A stretch of DNA of 64,000 nucleotides from Octopus vulgaris (taxonomy: Eukaryota). The notes below the pieces were generated by a model, which had not been told where the DNA came from, made no database searches, and saw only the letters and a program-made list of their open reading frames with translations. Shown here piece after piece: positions 61,300-64,000 of the stretch (the stretch's first letter is position 1; every line of letters begins with the position of its first letter). A program made the translations under genes and the position numbers. The stretch lies in contig OX597840.1 in NCBI GenBank assembly GCA_951406725.2, positions 16,120,001 to 16,184,000 of the forward strand. Reading direction: 5' to 3'.

Positions 61300-62453
61300 G
61301 TACATCCACATATATATATATACACATATATACACCCGCATATTCACATATATCTATACATATACATACATACCCACACATACATACATATATATATACA
61401 TACATACACATACATATACACACATATATACATACATATATACATACATATATATATATACATACATACACATACATATACACACATATATACATACATA
61501 TACACATATATATATACACACACCCATGCACGCACACACAGACACACATATACATACACATACATACATATATGTATACTCACTCGCACAAACATATACA
61601 AATGCACATACATGCACACACACACACACACACACCCTTACTCTCCCATTTTAATTTTATTATTACTACCCCTGTCTATATCTCTATTTTTACTTCCATC
61701 TTGACCAGTCAATCGGTCTCAAGGGACGATCCAAAGACTCCATCCAGTCCATCCGTCTACTTACCTACACGAACGCAAGCACCCACCCACGCCCACACAC
61801 CCACACGCACACACACGTACGTGCCACATCCATACACGCACACATCCACATACACTCACGTACACCCACATACACGCACACACACACACACACCCCAACA
61901 CACCCACAGAAGACCAGTCCATGTGTTATATTCATACACGCATACATCTACACACATTCACGTATATTCACATACACGCATACACATACATACCTCAACA
62001 CACTCACAGAAGACCAGTCCATACACATACACCAACCAATATATATACACACATACATATACACACACATACACATACATACATATACATACACATATAC
62101 ACATATATATATATATACATATATACTCATACACATATACATACACATACCCACTCACACATATATACACACACACATACATATACATATACATATACAC
62201 ATATATATATATATATATATATAAAAAGGGAAGCTTTATGAAAATATATACACATATACACACATACACATACACATATACATGCGCACACATACACACA
62301 CACGCGCGCGCATCCACATATACACACAAGTACATACATGCATAAATGTATACATATGTCTACACACATGCACACACATCCACACACACACATATACACA
62401 TACACACACACATATATACACATCCATATACACATACACACATACACACACAT

Positions 62454-62513
<60 letters not shown>

Positions 62514-62589
62514 TTACACACACATCTACACATATATATATACACATACACATACACACACATATACATATACATACATATATATATAT

Positions 62590-62636
<47 letters not shown>

Positions 62637-62905
62637 GTGTATATATACACACATATATATATATACACACACACATACACATACACACAAGCACATACAT
62701 GCATAAATGTATACATATGTTTATACAAGTGCATACACATACACACACTCTCACGATCCTCCTTATATACATAAATACATACATGCATACAAACGCATAC
62801 TCATGTAATAAATAATGAATAATAAATAATAGATATATATACACATGCAGTTACCCTTTGTACAGACGGAAACATACATATAAGCATACACGTATATACC
62901 CATCT

Positions 62906-62988
<83 letters not shown>

Positions 62989-63000
62989 CATACATATATA
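61300..63000. repeat. Compound (TA)n/(CA)n/(TACA)n microsatellite region
   Basis: Low-complexity dinucleotide and tetranucleotide runs, which are the source of many spurious His/Ile/Tyr ORFs. Confidence 0.9.
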
Positions 63001-63239
63001 TGTGGATGTACAAGTGGGAGTCTCCCTGCTTGCCTAAAACCCTATTTTTCTATTTATATTTTTTTATTTTTTATTTTTTATTCTTTTATTTATTCTTTTA
63101 TCTACTTTACCACCGATTCCTTTGACCACTCCCCTTATAATGACAGTTTTGCGCCATGCCTACCCCCCAAAAAAGTCCCCCACCACCACCCATTTAAACC
63201 TGCCTAAATGTATAAATGCCAAAACAACTCTTGTCTACT

Positions 63240-63290
63240 AGCTTCCTGATGATTTCTTTTGAATGAAACAGTTCTAGTCCTGTAGAAGCT
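63240..63290 (+). ncRNA. Type I hammerhead ribozyme motif
   Basis: Stem I agcttc/gaagct; core CTGATGA...GAAA; stem II ttc-tttt-gaa with an atypical U.U at the first position; stem III acag/ctgt; GUA cleavage triplet. Confidence 0.55.
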
Positions 63291-63512
63291 CCTTCTATAA
63301 AATAAATATATATATATATATATCCTAAGCAATTAAGGGTTTAGCAACGAATTGCCTTACCGCACACCGAATTTAGAAATAGCAGTCAAAGAGATTATAG
63401 CTATTTCTTCTACTAAAAGGGAGATCTCAGTAAAAACACAGCATTTGAAAGGCAAACACAAACAGGTAAGAGAGAATGAAATAACGGCAATCTATCATAC
63501 AGTTTTAAGTCA

Positions 63513-63604
63513 CCTACGGACGTACGTTTCGAGATCAAGTCTTAGGAAAGCGTAAGAATTAGATAATTCTACCTTACCCAAACTTTTTCTCTCATCAGCG
63601 CAGG
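63513..63604 (-). ncRNA. Type I hammerhead ribozyme, canonical core, long stem II
   Basis: Minus strand: cctgcg-CTGATGA-gaga...(long stem II)...tctc-GAAAC-gtac-GTC-cgtagg. Stem I is 6 bp (one G.U), stem II closes G-C, loop 3 is the palindrome GTAC, and the triplet is GUC. Confidence 0.8.
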
Positions 63605-63623
63605 ATACAAACAATCATGAATG

Positions 63624-64000
63624 ATTGTATATTGAATTTTGAGATACTAGAAGGCACCAACTCAACTCAGTATCAGAGCGAGCTAGAAGCCACAACTAGT
63701 ATCACCAAATTCAAAGTGTGAATGAAAGTTTGTGTCACCAGCCCCTTCCCACCCGCGTGTAGCCAAGACAAAGTGCTGTGGTCATTATTAATTAATTTCA
63801 CCCTTCATTGTTACTGATAACCATATTCATCCCAGTAAATGACCACAGCACTTTGTCTTGGCTACACGCGGGTGGGAAGGGGCTGGTGACACAAACTTTC
63901 ATTCACACTTTGAATTTGGTGATACTAGTTGTGGCTTCTAGCTCGCTCTGATACTGAGTTGAGTTGGTGCCTTCTAGTATCTCAAAATTCAATATACAAT
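63624..64000. repeat. Perfect palindrome: 163-bp arms (63624-63786 / 63838-64000, running off the window) with a 51-bp spacer
   Basis: attgtatattgaattttgagatactagaagg...gtgctgtggtcatt is the exact reverse complement of aatgaccacagcac...ctcaaaattcaatatacaat. Confidence 0.95.

Larger units (their letters stand above)
61005..63307. repeat. ~310-bp near-perfect inverted repeat (~61005-61317 vs ~62994-63307) around a ~1.7-kb AT/CA microsatellite-rich spacer; Penelope-type inverted pLTR
   Basis: atttattttatagaaggagcttctacaggactagaac...actcccacttgtacatccacatatatat is the reverse complement of atatatatgtggatgtacaagtgggag...gtagaagctccttctataaaataaat. Confidence 0.9.

Noticed and set aside
61274-63013. 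Many His/Ile/Tyr/Cys/Val-rich ORFs up to 257 aa
   Set aside because: They are translations of (TA)n/(CA)n microsatellites. The same applies to ORFs near 8600-9040, 55900-56240 and 60635-60990.

Overview
AT-rich, repeat-dense animal genomic DNA. The SINE, RTE and Penelope families look like those of octopus/coleoid cephalopods, which is inferred from repeat content. I reconstructed three protein-coding genes by hand with phase-consistent GT-AG introns: (1) a single-exon BBIP1 (BBSome subunit) ORF at 4013-4201 (+); (2) a 17-coding-exon ANAPC5 gene at 5609-40390 (+, 759 aa); (3) a convergent 6-exon COQ4 gene at 60585-44402 (-, 299 aa). The most notable arrangement is that the ATG-bearing exon of ANAPC5 begins with a splice acceptor and has no visible promoter of its own. 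The nearest upstream donors flank or follow the BBIP1 ORF, which suggests a shared, possibly bicistronic BBIP1-ANAPC5 transcription unit. Introns and the COQ4 upstream region contain a decayed Penelope-like retroelement, several type-I hammerhead ribozyme motifs tied to long inverted repeats, a complete 657-bp TRIM (LTRs, PBS, PPT, TSD), a 1.6-kb ORF1-only non-LTR element with TSD, maT/mariner remnants, MITEs, a 67-bp tandem array inside an RTE 3' UTR, and several locally templated duplications or inversions. Most short ORFs in the provided track are microsatellite or SINE noise.
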